Shown here in pieces: positions 20,001 to 28,554 of a stretch of 64,000 nucleotides of DNA. The notes beneath the pieces were generated by a model. That model did no database searches, was not told the origin of the DNA, and worked only from the letters and a program-made list of their open reading frames with translations. Source of the stretch: Candidatus Aminicenantes bacterium (GTDB taxonomy: Bacteria; Acidobacteriota; Aminicenantia; Aminicenantales; JAFGBC01); assembly GCA_963702005.1 (NCBI GenBank), contig OY969696.1, positions 1,280,001 through 1,344,000 on the forward strand. Direction: 5' to 3'. The stretch's first letter is position 1. Every line of letters starts with the position of its first letter. Both the position numbers and the translations under genes were made by a program.

Positions 20001-20121
20001 CAAGTACCACGGAACCTATTACACAACGACCGGCGCCTTCGTCCAGAACGCGACCGACAACCTCGCCAACGAAGTCCTCAACCCGCGCATCCTCCGGCTG
20101 GGCGTCCGCTTCCAGTTCTAA
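17044..20121 (+). CDS. TonB-dependent outer-membrane receptor, Oar-like, with N-terminal carboxypeptidase-regulatory-like domain
   Basis: TTG start after AAGGAG; GNIYGKVLDQEGNPLPGATVTL; plug region LPTARDPW; C-terminal PRILRLGVRFQF; Dx[DN]xDG-like motifs. Confidence 0.9.
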   Translation: MRKLIIFLCVLALTIPVLAQQRAGNIYGKVLDQEGNPLPGATVTLTGSLTAPVTVVTSAEGNFRFLSLPPSANYAIKVELQGFKALTRPDIIVSIGKNTEIGLTMEVGALEEEITVTATSPVVETKKTTITQTVTREVLQSLPTARDPWVILQQAAGVQVDRENVGGSESGQMSGFIAKGGGTEIWSVDGVNTEDPSSISSITYYDFDTFEEMNITQGGGDVTVATGGIQVNLVTRRGGNKLNIGGRFYRTDKKFQADNLTDALKKEGVVGTNVIRAIKDYGFNMGGPLIKDKVWWWASYGVQDIWTNNIYGNKDDTLLQNYAAKVNIQILPQNRFEAFLQVGGKEKFGRSSGYNFPLGYHQQSKYYFGTPILKLEDEHMFGDNFLLSAKYAFSGGGFMFLPMADESFTHWLQHNVTTDIFENSYWNYGASRPTHSARLLGNYFNDNLFGLSHELKFGAEYRSSTGAHYSTTPGNTYRDININYTTLDINGDGEPDMVPGINTLYVFRGWQDNNHVTEYTGYLSDTITKGRFNLILGLRYSYMKPEIMAFTMNAVEKNSPVWQNNFSATAADAIARVLPGLDVPAQTGSYKWSFLSPRIGMTYDLSGDGKTIAKLSAAQYGDWMGTGEGSYYEPLGLGGWMNFYWMDNNTNGIVDATELYWYTASSYAPNQVFNDAGALIGDVSGAKGLMWGDYDINNPQSFSSPRYTIDKSVNSPRVQEILFSLEREVLPDLGVAIDLSYRKFDHFNWYVAYDPATGDKADKGEYVQVGTIPNQVGPYSTGDAAGKPYYMLKAGVASRFYRLYERQPDYYRDFLGAELRVTKRLSNKWMLDASFTYQDQKQHFGSNGYADGATMTNLWALDGQVWGPNLGAASGKIGSNVYSKWLFKASGLYQLPLDFNISFSFNARQGHFLLEQATITDYSAPNALNRSVRVYLSPNGSDRLPTFYNLNMRLEKVLKAGDYGKIYIMADVFNALNSSILNRRYDKYHGTYYTTTGAFVQNATDNLANEVLNPRILRLGVRFQF

Positions 20122-20146
20122 GCTCACTCTTACCCCGCTAGAGCTC

Positions 20147-20183
20147 AAGCCCCTCCCTTCGCTCGAAGGGAGGGGCTTTTTTT
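20147..20183 (+). terminator. Rho-independent terminator
   Basis: AAGCCCCTCCCTTCG-CT-CGAAGGGAGGGGCTT stem followed by T-run, just after the receptor stop. Confidence 0.88.
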
Positions 20184-20394
20184 GTACCATGCCCGCTCGG
20201 TCTCTCATACGGCCTTCTTCGCCATCCCCCCCCTCGCCCTTACCTCAGGCGTTCTTAACTCATTGTTTTATTCTCAGGCTGACCTCCACATGGTCGCTTC
20301 TTCCCGCTTTCAAAGCCCTCTTTCGGTGAGCGCCTTTTCGATGATTAGTCTTCAAACTAAAAACCGGATTTTGGACTAAGGATGAGGAATAGGC

Positions 20395-21576
20395 TTAGAC
20401 CTGAACGTTAGCCTTGAAGTATTTTTTGATCAAGGTCAGCCAGCGGCTCCCGTAGCCGATCTTTTGTCCGTTCATCCCCTCGAAGACGCTCGGCTCGAAG
20501 GCCGATCCCTCGTAATGCTCGTTATAGCTCGTGAGGTGGACGCCGCGGATCCGGGGGACCTCCTCGAAAAGAGCCTTGACCTGCTGGACGAAGGCCTCGC
20601 CCTCGCCCTGCTGGCAGACGAGGACCCGGCTCTTGCCGTCCTTGGGGTCGATGTTGCCGTTCCCGTCGTGGAAGGTGAACTGGACGGGGAGGAGGAGCTG
20701 GGTGTTCGGGGCATAGGTCTTGAGGAGGGACACCCAGGTCCGCACCATGCGGACGTATTCGGCCCGGAAACCGTCCTTGAGGCTCCCCCAGGTCTTGGCG
20801 ACGTAGACCGGGTTCATCCCGTAACAAGTGATGGCGTCGTACCAGTTGGGCCGGGTGAAGCGGTCGGTCTCCCAGCGTTCCGGAGGGAAGAAGATGGGCT
20901 CGCTTCCGATGAGATAAACCTTCTTGCGGGCCTTGGCGCTCGTCGCGTCGAAATATTTTAAATTATCGAGCCAGATATAGAGGACGGGACGGCCGTCGAT
21001 CCGGTGGTAGTTCTCGGCGCCGAAATGGTTGGCTTCCAGATAATCGATGTCGGCCAGGAACGTTTCCCGGTTGTAAGGGTCCCGGAAATCGAAATAATAT
21101 TTCTTTTTCCATTCGGCATCGACCGGCCGGCCGGGCGGAGCGAAAGACGGTCCTCCGGCCGCTCCCGGGGGCGAATCGAGGACCCTGGACTGGCGGAGCC
21201 GGCCCGTGATCTCATACAGGAAGCAGAACTTGCGGCTGGCGAAGTTGGCGGCCTTGAGGTAGGCTTGCTGGAATAAAAGGTAGCTGGCGCTGGTCGGTCC
21301 CCACCAGGAAACGCAGTCAACCGGGATAGAGAAAAAATTTTTCTCTTCGTTCTGGCCTTCGACGACCCGGATGTCTCCCGAGTCGTAGTGGCCGCGCAGG
21401 GGATCGGTATAGACATGCTTGGACCAGGGAAGCCGGTACCAAGCGTAATGGTCGATCAGGACTTCAGCCGGCTTGACGCGCGGCGCCGGCGCGCGTTCCC
21501 GGCCGAATCCGGACCGGTCAAGGAGCGAGGCCGCTCCCGCTGCTCCGAACGTCTTCAGCAGGTCGCGCCGTTTCAT
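20395..21576 (-). CDS. Tat-exported GH99/GH71-like glycoside hydrolase
   Basis: MKRRDLLK twin-arginine signal; HYAWY, VSWWGP, DGRPVLYIW, TSYNEHYEGSAFEP (cf. GH99 TSFNEWHEGxxIEP). Confidence 0.7.
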   Translation of the reverse strand: MKRRDLLKTFGAAGAASLLDRSGFGRERAPAPRVKPAEVLIDHYAWYRLPWSKHVYTDPLRGHYDSGDIRVVEGQNEEKNFFSIPVDCVSWWGPTSASYLLFQQAYLKAANFASRKFCFLYEITGRLRQSRVLDSPPGAAGGPSFAPPGRPVDAEWKKKYYFDFRDPYNRETFLADIDYLEANHFGAENYHRIDGRPVLYIWLDNLKYFDATSAKARKKVYLIGSEPIFFPPERWETDRFTRPNWYDAITCYGMNPVYVAKTWGSLKDGFRAEYVRMVRTWVSLLKTYAPNTQLLLPVQFTFHDGNGNIDPKDGKSRVLVCQQGEGEAFVQQVKALFEEVPRIRGVHLTSYNEHYEGSAFEPSVFEGMNGQKIGYGSRWLTLIKKYFKANVQV

Positions 21577-21640
21577 GCGTCCGTCTCTTCCGGTCAATCC
21601 ATTATTAGCAGAGGCCTCCGGCGTCGTCAATCCCCTCGCG

Positions 21641-21751
21641 GGATTCCACGGACGTTAGTCCGCGGAGGAATAGCCATCTCCCCGCTTCGGGGACAGGCGC
21701 TCCTACGCCTGAAATAAGCAGATCCCACGGACGTGAGTCCGTGGAGCTTCA
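21641..21751 (+). mobile_element. Miniature IS200/IS605-like palindromic element (two hairpins, no ORF)
   Basis: CCACGGAC-GTTA-GTCCGCGG (21646-21665) and CCACGGAC-GTGA-GTCCGTGG (21725-21744), both followed by AG; second ends GGAGCTTCA. Confidence 0.55.
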
Positions 21752-21772
21752 GTACGGGCGGCGGACGACGGC

Positions 21773-22900
21773 TCAGAGAATCTCCCGGACCAGCCCGGCC
21801 GCCAGCTCCCCGATGGCCGGCGCCGCGGTCAGGCCCGGGGATTCGATCCCGATCAAGTTGACGAGGCCGGGCAGCCCCTTGTCCTCCTCGCGGCGGATGA
21901 CGAAATCCCGGAAGCCTTCTCCCTCGCCCTGGAGCTTGGGGCGGATCCCGGCCATGGCCGGCTCGATGTCGTCCGGCTCGATTAGCGGAAGGTATGGCCG
22001 GGCGGATTCATAGAACTGGTTCCGGTGGCCGGGGTCGACGTTGTAGTCGAGGGCTACGACGTAAAAGGCATTGGGGCCAAGCTTCATCTCGCCCTGGAGG
22101 TCGAGCGTGATGTGGACTCCCAGGCCGCCGCTCTCGAGCCGGGGAACGGGGTAGATGAGGCGGCCGACCGAGGTGGCGGGCCGCCGCCGCAGGCGGAAAT
22201 ATTCGCCCTTGCAGGGGCGGATCCGGTAGCCGGCCCGGTCGGGGTCGATGCCGGCGAACGACGCCATCCGATCGCTCTCAAGGCCCGCGCAATTGACGAC
22301 GGCCCGCGCGCGGAAGGACAGCGCCTCGGCCCGCTCCCGTATCCGGACCGTGAAGCCTCTCGGGTTCGGGTCGAGGCCGACGACGTCCGTATTATAGAGG
22401 AATGTTGCGCCGCGGCTGCGGGCGGCTCCTTCGAGATATCTCATCAGGCCGTGGCTGTCGACAATCCCGGCCGAGGGCGAGAGGAGGGCCGCTTCGCCCC
22501 GGACGTTGGGCTCCAGCTTCGCCAGCTCATCCTTGGATAAGAGGACGAGGTCGTTGACTCCGCTGAGCCGGCCGTTCCGGGCGAGCTCCTCGAGGTCGGA
22601 GACCTCCTCGGGCCGGGCGGCTACGACGAGCTTCCCCATTCGGACGTGGGGGATGCCGCTCTTTTCGCAGAGTTCGTAGATCAGAGCCCGCCCCCGGATG
22701 CAGAGCCGGGCCTTGAGCGAATCGGGCGGATAGTAGATTCCCGAGTGGACGACCTCGCTGTTGCGGCTGCTCGTCTCCTGTCCGAAGCCGTCGTGCCGCT
22801 CGACGACGCAGACCTCGAGGCCGGGGCGGGCGACGCTCGCGGCGACGGCCAGGCCGACGACCCCGGCGCCGATGACGGCGACGTCGAATGAATAATCCAT
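21773..22900 (-). CDS. FAD-dependent oxidoreductase, L-2-hydroxyglutarate oxidase (LhgO)-like
   Basis: VAVIGAGVVGLA, ETSSRNSEVVHSGIYY, KGEYF, GLGVHIT, AGIRPKL, GIESPGLTAA; ATG at 22900. Confidence 0.88.
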   Translation of the reverse strand: MDYSFDVAVIGAGVVGLAVAASVARPGLEVCVVERHDGFGQETSSRNSEVVHSGIYYPPDSLKARLCIRGRALIYELCEKSGIPHVRMGKLVVAARPEEVSDLEELARNGRLSGVNDLVLLSKDELAKLEPNVRGEAALLSPSAGIVDSHGLMRYLEGAARSRGATFLYNTDVVGLDPNPRGFTVRIRERAEALSFRARAVVNCAGLESDRMASFAGIDPDRAGYRIRPCKGEYFRLRRRPATSVGRLIYPVPRLESGGLGVHITLDLQGEMKLGPNAFYVVALDYNVDPGHRNQFYESARPYLPLIEPDDIEPAMAGIRPKLQGEGEGFRDFVIRREEDKGLPGLVNLIGIESPGLTAAPAIGELAAGLVREIL

Positions 22901-23031
22901 GGGCCGGAAGTCTATCATAAATAATCCCAAGGAAAAAAAGAAGGGCTTCCAACAGGGTCTCGCTCTCAAGCGGGCTGGCGGCCCCGTCCCAAGCCGAAAG
23001 GCATTCTTCGGCCTCGGACCTAAAACGCGAT

Positions 23032-23060
23032 TTGACCCCATTTGTCGAGTATGGTATAAA
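23032..23060 (+). promoter_or_regulatory. Sigma70-type promoter upstream of the menA-like gene
   Basis: TTGACC-N17-TATAAA with TG extended -10. Confidence 0.55.
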
Positions 23061-23069
23061 CTGCCGGAC

Positions 23070-24011
23070 ATGGAACCTGCCGATCGGATTCCCCCTCTGC
23101 GAAAGTGGGTCGTCGCGGCCCGCCCCTGGGCCCTGCCGGCATCGACCATGCCGGTCCTGTTTGGGACTTCGCTGGCCGTCGTCGTGGGCCGCGCGCCCTT
23201 CTCCCCTGTCCGCTTTCTGTTGGCCCTGGCCGCCATGGTCATTCTCCATTCGGCCGGCAACATGCTCAGCGACGTATTCGATTTTAAGCGGGGCCTCGAC
23301 CGCGAGGCGACTCCGCTCAGCGGCGCCATCATCCGCGGCTGGCTGTCGGCCCGACAAGTTGTCCGCGGCTCCATCGTCCTGTTTGCCGCGGGCTCGGCCT
23401 TGGGAGTTCTCCTGGCCGTTCTATCCAGCCCGGTCCTTCTCGGGGTCGGCGGGGCCGGCCTCCTCCTCGGCGCCGGCTATTCATTCCTCAAGCGCTACGC
23501 CCTGGGCGATCTGGCCGTGTTCCTTAACTTCGGGATTCTGGGCGCGCTTGGGGCCTGGATCGTCCAGACGCGCTCCTTCTCCTGGATCCCCGTCGTATGG
23601 ACGGTGCCGATGGCCATGCTGGTCAGCGGCATCCTCCACGCCAATAACTGGCGGGATTCGGCCTCGGACCGGGAACGGGGCGTCTCGTCCTTCGCCTCCG
23701 TCCTCGGCGACAGGGGCTCGCTCGTCTATTACGGATTCCTGATCTTCGGCCCATTCGCGATCGTGTTGACGCTCATCGTCCTGCCACAGGCTACGGCCGC
23801 ATCGTTCCCGGGTATGCCCTGGACATTCCTCCTTGTCTTCCTCGCCCTGCCCAGGGCGATCTCGCTCTTCGGCCGCGGGCTGCGCAGACACGCTCCTCAT
23901 CATCCGTGGGATTTCGTGGTCCTCGACGGCGCCACGGCCCAATACAATCTTCTCTACGGACTCCTGTCCACGGCCGCTGTCTGGCTTAGTCTCCTGGTCA
24001 GATTTATCTAA
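23070..24011 (+). CDS. menA: UbiA-family prenyltransferase, MenA-like (DHNA polyprenyltransferase)
   Basis: WVVAARPWALPAS, NMLSDVFDFKRGLD, KRYALGD, ILHANNWRDSASD; multiple TMs; ATG 23070. Confidence 0.78.
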   Translation: MEPADRIPPLRKWVVAARPWALPASTMPVLFGTSLAVVVGRAPFSPVRFLLALAAMVILHSAGNMLSDVFDFKRGLDREATPLSGAIIRGWLSARQVVRGSIVLFAAGSALGVLLAVLSSPVLLGVGGAGLLLGAGYSFLKRYALGDLAVFLNFGILGALGAWIVQTRSFSWIPVVWTVPMAMLVSGILHANNWRDSASDRERGVSSFASVLGDRGSLVYYGFLIFGPFAIVLTLIVLPQATAASFPGMPWTFLLVFLALPRAISLFGRGLRRHAPHHPWDFVVLDGATAQYNLLYGLLSTAAVWLSLLVRFI

Positions 24012-24018
24012 GTTAAAA

Positions 24019-24095
24019 AATTCGGGGGACACACGACTTAATTCCGGCTTAGGGCAAGACTGAAATATGGAATTAAGTCGTGTGTCCCCCGAATT
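24019..24095. repeat. Perfect 27-bp inverted repeat with 23-nt spacer (REP/MITE-like)
   Basis: AATTCGGGGGACACACGACTTAATTCC (24019-24045) and exact reverse complement (24069-24095). Confidence 0.9.
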
Positions 24096-24152
24096 ATTGC
24101 ATTTAATGATGAGGACGGTTATCATGGAAAAAAAGTCCGAGGAGGAATCGGC

Positions 24153-25379
24153 ATGAAACAATGGGCGTTCGTTCTTGTCCTGGCGATCCCGGTCTTGGCC
24201 GCGGGCGGCTGCGTCGGAAAGAAGGCGGCGGCTCCCGCGGCCGGCTTCCGGGCCGACGTCGATTTTATTAAACAATACACGGAGGTCGCGCTGCTCGCCG
24301 GCGAGGGAGGGGCCGAAGTCGCCGTCTGCCCCGGGCTCCAGGGCCGGGTCATGACGAGCTCGGCCGGCGGGACGGGGGCCACGGGGTTCGGCTGGATCAA
24401 TCGCGAGCTGATCGCCTCGGGCCGGAACAACCCCCACATGAACGCTTTCGGGGGCGAGGACCGTTTCTGGCTGGGCCCCGAGGGCGGCCAGTTTTCGATC
24501 TTCTTCAAGGCCGGCGATCCCTTCGACCTCGATCATTGGTGGACGCCGCCGCCCGTCAACGAGGGCGCTTTCGACGTCGTGGCCCGTGACGCGGCCCGGA
24601 TCGAGTTCGCGAAGCCGATGCATCTCGTCAATTATTCGGGCACGGGCTTCGACCTCAAGGTCGGCCGCGTCGTCCGGACGCTCGGCCGGGCCGAGGCCGA
24701 AGCGCTGCTCGGGATCGCCCTCCCGGCCGGTCTCAAATTAGTCGCTTACGCCTCGGAGAACAGACTGACCAACGCCGGCCCGTCCGCCTGGCGGAAGGAG
24801 ACCGGCCTCCTCTCGGTCTGGATTCTGGGCATGTTTAACCCGGCGCCCCGGATGACGGTCATCGTCCCCTTCCAGTCCGGACCCGAGTCCGAGCTCGGCC
24901 CGGCCGTCAACGACGCCTATTTCGGCAAGGTCCCGGCCGACCGGCTCGTTGTCATGGACGGAGTCCTCTTCTTCAAGGGGGACGGGCTCCGCCGCAGCAA
25001 GATAGGCCTTTCACCGCTCCGGACCAAATCCGTCCTGGGGAGCTATGACCCGGACCTCGGCGTCCTGACCATCGTCAACTTCAACTTCCCCGAGGGCGCC
25101 CGGGACTACGTCAATTCGATGTGGCAGATCCAGGATAAACCCTACGGCGGAGACGTTGCTAATTCTTACAACGACGGCCCGGCTCAGCCCGGCGCCAAGC
25201 CGCTCGGTCCCTTCTACGAGCTCGAGACCTCCTCGCCGGCGGCGGCGCTCGATCCCGGCGCTTCGCTCGTCCACATCCACAGGACCTTCCACCTGGTCGG
25301 TCCCAAGGACGACCTCGACCGCGTAGCTTTGGCCGTGCTCGGCGTCGGCCTGGGCGAGATCGAAGCGGTCTTCAAATGA
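24153..25379 (+). CDS. Conserved hypothetical lipoprotein (DUF6786-like)
   Basis: Lipobox-like LAAGGC; AFGGEDRFWLGPEGGQFS, NSYNDGP, GPFYELETSSP motifs; GAGGAGG RBS. Confidence 0.65.
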   Translation: MKQWAFVLVLAIPVLAAGGCVGKKAAAPAAGFRADVDFIKQYTEVALLAGEGGAEVAVCPGLQGRVMTSSAGGTGATGFGWINRELIASGRNNPHMNAFGGEDRFWLGPEGGQFSIFFKAGDPFDLDHWWTPPPVNEGAFDVVARDAARIEFAKPMHLVNYSGTGFDLKVGRVVRTLGRAEAEALLGIALPAGLKLVAYASENRLTNAGPSAWRKETGLLSVWILGMFNPAPRMTVIVPFQSGPESELGPAVNDAYFGKVPADRLVVMDGVLFFKGDGLRRSKIGLSPLRTKSVLGSYDPDLGVLTIVNFNFPEGARDYVNSMWQIQDKPYGGDVANSYNDGPAQPGAKPLGPFYELETSSPAAALDPGASLVHIHRTFHLVGPKDDLDRVALAVLGVGLGEIEAVFK

Positions 25380-25927
25380 GGACGGCCATGAAATTCATCC
25401 TTTTTATCGCCTTGACCGGACTCGGGGCGGGCGTCCTTCAGGCCGCCGCTGAGAAATATCCGCCCTTGGCGACCGTCCCCCACGTCGACCTGGCCCGCTA
25501 CATGGGCACGTGGTACGAGATCGCCGCCTTTCCCCAGCGCTTCGAGAAGGGTTGCCATTGCGCGACGGCCGAATATCAGATGATGGACAAGGGGTACGTC
25601 CGCGTCATCAACAGCTGCCGGAAGGGCAGCCCCCAGGGGAAAATCAAAGTCGCCAGGGGGAAGGCCTTCATCGTAAAAGGGAGCGGGAACGCCAAGCTCA
25701 GGGTCCAGTTTTTTTGGCCCTTCCGCGGCGACTATTGGATCATCGACCTGGCCGAGGATTATAGTTACGCCGTGGTCGGGGAGCGCAGCCGAGAGTACCT
25801 CTGGATCCTTGCCAGAACGCCGCGCATGGATGAAGCCCTCTACCAGGAGATTTTAGCCCGCGCTAAGAATAAAGGATTCGATATCAGCCGGCTCCTGCGG
25901 ACCGATCAGACCTGCCAGACTCCGTAA
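25376..25927 (+). CDS. blc: Bacterial lipocalin
   Basis: VDLARYMGTWYEIA, AKLRVQFFWPFRGDYWII, YLWILARTP. Confidence 0.9.
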   Translation: MRTAMKFILFIALTGLGAGVLQAAAEKYPPLATVPHVDLARYMGTWYEIAAFPQRFEKGCHCATAEYQMMDKGYVRVINSCRKGSPQGKIKVARGKAFIVKGSGNAKLRVQFFWPFRGDYWIIDLAEDYSYAVVGERSREYLWILARTPRMDEALYQEILARAKNKGFDISRLLRTDQTCQTP

Positions 25928-25980
25928 CAGGAGCACGGACTCCCGGGCCTGCTCGGGGCCGGGGCGCACCATCGCCGCCT

Positions 25981-27519
25981 TTAGGACGCGGGGCGCTCCA
26001 CGGCTTTTTCCGCCGGTTGCAGCCCGGGAGAGAGGTCGGCGCCGCGAACGTAGTGTTCCATAAATCCGTAGGCGAGGAAACTGGCCTGGATGAACTGGGG
26101 GAGAAGCTCGCGCCGGCGAAAAAGCGTTTTAAGCAAGAGTTTCCCAAAGCGGATCCGGCCCTCGTCTTTGACGCCGAGAGTCCATAGGATCTTCAGGACG
26201 GCGCGGACCCTTTTGAGGTCGGCCCGGCGCGCGGATCGGGGGGCGCTCCGGGCCGCGGATAGGAAGCGGCCGGCCCTTTCGTAAAAGGGGCCCGGGGCGT
26301 AGACGGCATCCATGACTTCGACGCAATCCCGGAGGACCTCTCGGCTGCCCCTCTCATATTTGATGTTTTGGGGGATCGCCACTTTGCGGCCGTAGTTGTG
26401 GGGCAGGACCCGTCCTTCCCGTTCCAGCCGTTTGTAGAGGGCGGTTCCTTCGAAGGCGTGGAGGGGGTAGAGCCGGAGAAGCAGGAGTCCGCTGTCCCGG
26501 ACGAAGTCGACGATCTCCGAGGCGACCGCGGCCGATTCGCCGTCGAGTCCGACGATGAACGACCCCTCGACCGAAAACCCTCGGGCTTGGATCGTCCTGA
26601 TATCGGCCTTCATATCCCGCCCGGCGTTCATGGTCTTGCCGATGTTCCGGAGGCCTGCCGCCGCGGGCGATTCGATCCCGATGACGACATAGTTGAATCC
26701 GGCTTCGGCCATGAGGTCGAGGAGGTCTCGGTCGTCGGCCAAGCTCAGCGGTATTTGGGTCCGGAACAGGAACGGGTATTTTCGCCGGGTCTGAAAATCG
26801 ATGAAGGCGGGCAGGATCTCGCGCTTGACGAGGTCCCGGTCGGCGATGAAATTATCGTCGACGACGAAGACTTCGTTCCGCCAGCCGATATCATGGAGGG
26901 CTTCGAGCTCGGCCGCGACTTGAGCCCCGGTCTTCGTCCGGAGGGCGCGGCCCAGAAAGGAGGTCACGGAGCAGAATTCGCAGAAATGGGGACAGCCCCG
27001 CGTCACCTGGAGCCCAAGGATGGCATAGTCGGCGGGATTGATCAACCGCCAGTCCGGGATCGGCGAACGGCGGATGTCGGCCCAGGTTCCGTCGCTTTCG
27101 TAGACGCGGCGGGGCCGGCCGCGCTCCAAGTCCTCGAGGAAGGGCGGCAAGTTGAGCTCGGCTTCGCGGAGGATGATGTGGTCGGCTTCGGGAAAATCCT
27201 GGGGAACGAACGTGAACAGGGGCCCGCCGACGACCGTCCGGACCCCGAGCGACCTGCAGCGGCGGACAAGGTCCCGGGCCGAATCCCGCTGGCCGAGGTT
27301 GGCGCCGATGAGGACGATGTCGGCCGCCCCGAGATCCTCGTCTGCGATGTCCCCGACGTTCATGTCGATAAAGCGCTTCTCCCAGTCGGCGGGGAGGAGG
27401 GAGGCCACCGTCAGCAGGCCGAGCGGGGCCATGACCGCCCGGCGGCCCATCAAGCCGAGGACGATATCCCAGCTGATTAGATTGCTTCCCTTCCGGGGGT
27501 AGACGAGCAAAGCCTTCAT
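25981..27519 (-). CDS. B12-binding radical SAM protein with DUF4070-like C-terminus
   Basis: PLGLLTVASLLP, VVGGP, RGCPHFCEFC, VDDNFI, IGIESP, SFIVGLD. Confidence 0.88.
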   Translation of the reverse strand: MKALLVYPRKGSNLISWDIVLGLMGRRAVMAPLGLLTVASLLPADWEKRFIDMNVGDIADEDLGAADIVLIGANLGQRDSARDLVRRCRSLGVRTVVGGPLFTFVPQDFPEADHIILREAELNLPPFLEDLERGRPRRVYESDGTWADIRRSPIPDWRLINPADYAILGLQVTRGCPHFCEFCSVTSFLGRALRTKTGAQVAAELEALHDIGWRNEVFVVDDNFIADRDLVKREILPAFIDFQTRRKYPFLFRTQIPLSLADDRDLLDLMAEAGFNYVVIGIESPAAAGLRNIGKTMNAGRDMKADIRTIQARGFSVEGSFIVGLDGESAAVASEIVDFVRDSGLLLLRLYPLHAFEGTALYKRLEREGRVLPHNYGRKVAIPQNIKYERGSREVLRDCVEVMDAVYAPGPFYERAGRFLSAARSAPRSARRADLKRVRAVLKILWTLGVKDEGRIRFGKLLLKTLFRRRELLPQFIQASFLAYGFMEHYVRGADLSPGLQPAEKAVERPAS

Positions 27520-27535
27520 GGCGGACCCGCCTTTC

Positions 27536-27564
27536 TATATAGCCGAGGGCCGGCGCCAAGTCAA
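27536..27564 (-). promoter_or_regulatory. Sigma70-type promoter for the B12-radical SAM gene
   Basis: TTGACT-N17-TATATA on minus strand. Confidence 0.5.
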
Positions 27565-27646
27565 ACCGAAATCCGCTTTATTCTTCCGGCGCGAACATTT
27601 ACAATAAAGACTCTCGAATCCCGCAAAATCGGAGGAGGAGGACGCG

Positions 27647-28537
27647 ATGCCGGCAACCATCATCAGCGGAAAGGAGGTATCGGCCCGTATCCGGGAGGAG
27701 CTCAAGGGGCGCGTCCAGCGTCTGAAGGAGAAGGGAATCACGCCCGGCCTGGGCGTCGTCCTGGTCGGCGAAGACCCGGCCTCGGTCTCCTACGTAACGG
27801 CCAAGGCCAAGGGCTCGGAGGAGATCGGGATGTTCGAGCAGACCATCGCCCTTCCGGCCTCGGCCTCGGAGGACGAGGTCTTAGCCCTGGTCGACAAGCT
27901 CAACCGCGATCCCGGCTTCAACGGCGTCCTGGTCCAGCTTCCCCTGCCCAAATGGGTCAGCTCGGACAAAGTCATCAGCTTCATCTCGCCGGCCAAGGAT
28001 GTGGATGGCTTCCACCCCATCAACGTGGGGAAGCTGCTCCGGGGCGAACCCTGCCCCTTGCCCTGCACGCCCTACGGCGTCGTCGAAATCCTCAACCGGA
28101 GCGGCCACAGTCCCGAGGGGAAGCACGTCGTTATCTGCGGCCGGAGCAACATCGTCGGCAAACCCCTGGCCGCCCTCCTGATCCAGAAGAAGAAGGGCGC
28201 CAACGCCACGGTGACGATCTGTCACACCGGGACCAAGGACCTGGCCTCGTTCACGCGCCAGGCCGATATCCTGGTCGCCGCCATGGGGGCGCCCCGCGTT
28301 ATCACGGCCGATATGATCCGGGAGGGCTGCGTCGTCATCGACGTCGGCGTCAACCGCGTCCCCGATCCCACGGCGGCCAAGGGCTTCCGGCTGGTCGGAG
28401 ACTGCGATTTCGAGCCCATGAAGGAGAAGGCGGCCGCCATCACGCCCGTCCCGGGCGGGGTCGGGCCGATGACCGTGACCATGCTCCTCAAGAACACGGT
28501 CGAAGCCGCCGAGCGCCTGGCCGGGATCGCTGTATAG
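27647..28537 (+). CDS. folD: Methylenetetrahydrofolate dehydrogenase/cyclohydrolase
   Basis: GVLVQLPLP, KDVDGFHP, PCTP, GRSNIVGKP, ITPVPGGVGPMT. Confidence 0.96.
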   Translation: MPATIISGKEVSARIREELKGRVQRLKEKGITPGLGVVLVGEDPASVSYVTAKAKGSEEIGMFEQTIALPASASEDEVLALVDKLNRDPGFNGVLVQLPLPKWVSSDKVISFISPAKDVDGFHPINVGKLLRGEPCPLPCTPYGVVEILNRSGHSPEGKHVVICGRSNIVGKPLAALLIQKKKGANATVTICHTGTKDLASFTRQADILVAAMGAPRVITADMIREGCVVIDVGVNRVPDPTAAKGFRLVGDCDFEPMKEKAAAITPVPGGVGPMTVTMLLKNTVEAAERLAGIAV

Positions 28538-28554
28538 GGCCGAGAGGGCGCCGC

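Noticed and set aside
20147-20183. Hairpin resembling the AAGCCCC..GGGG elements at 48.3 kb
   Set aside because: Single copy followed by a T-run right after a stop codon; explained as a terminator
22901-23374. N-terminal extensions of the lhgO-like (to 23374) and menA-like (from 22899) ORFs
   Set aside because: They would overlap each other and the divergent promoter region; family homology starts at 22900 and 23070
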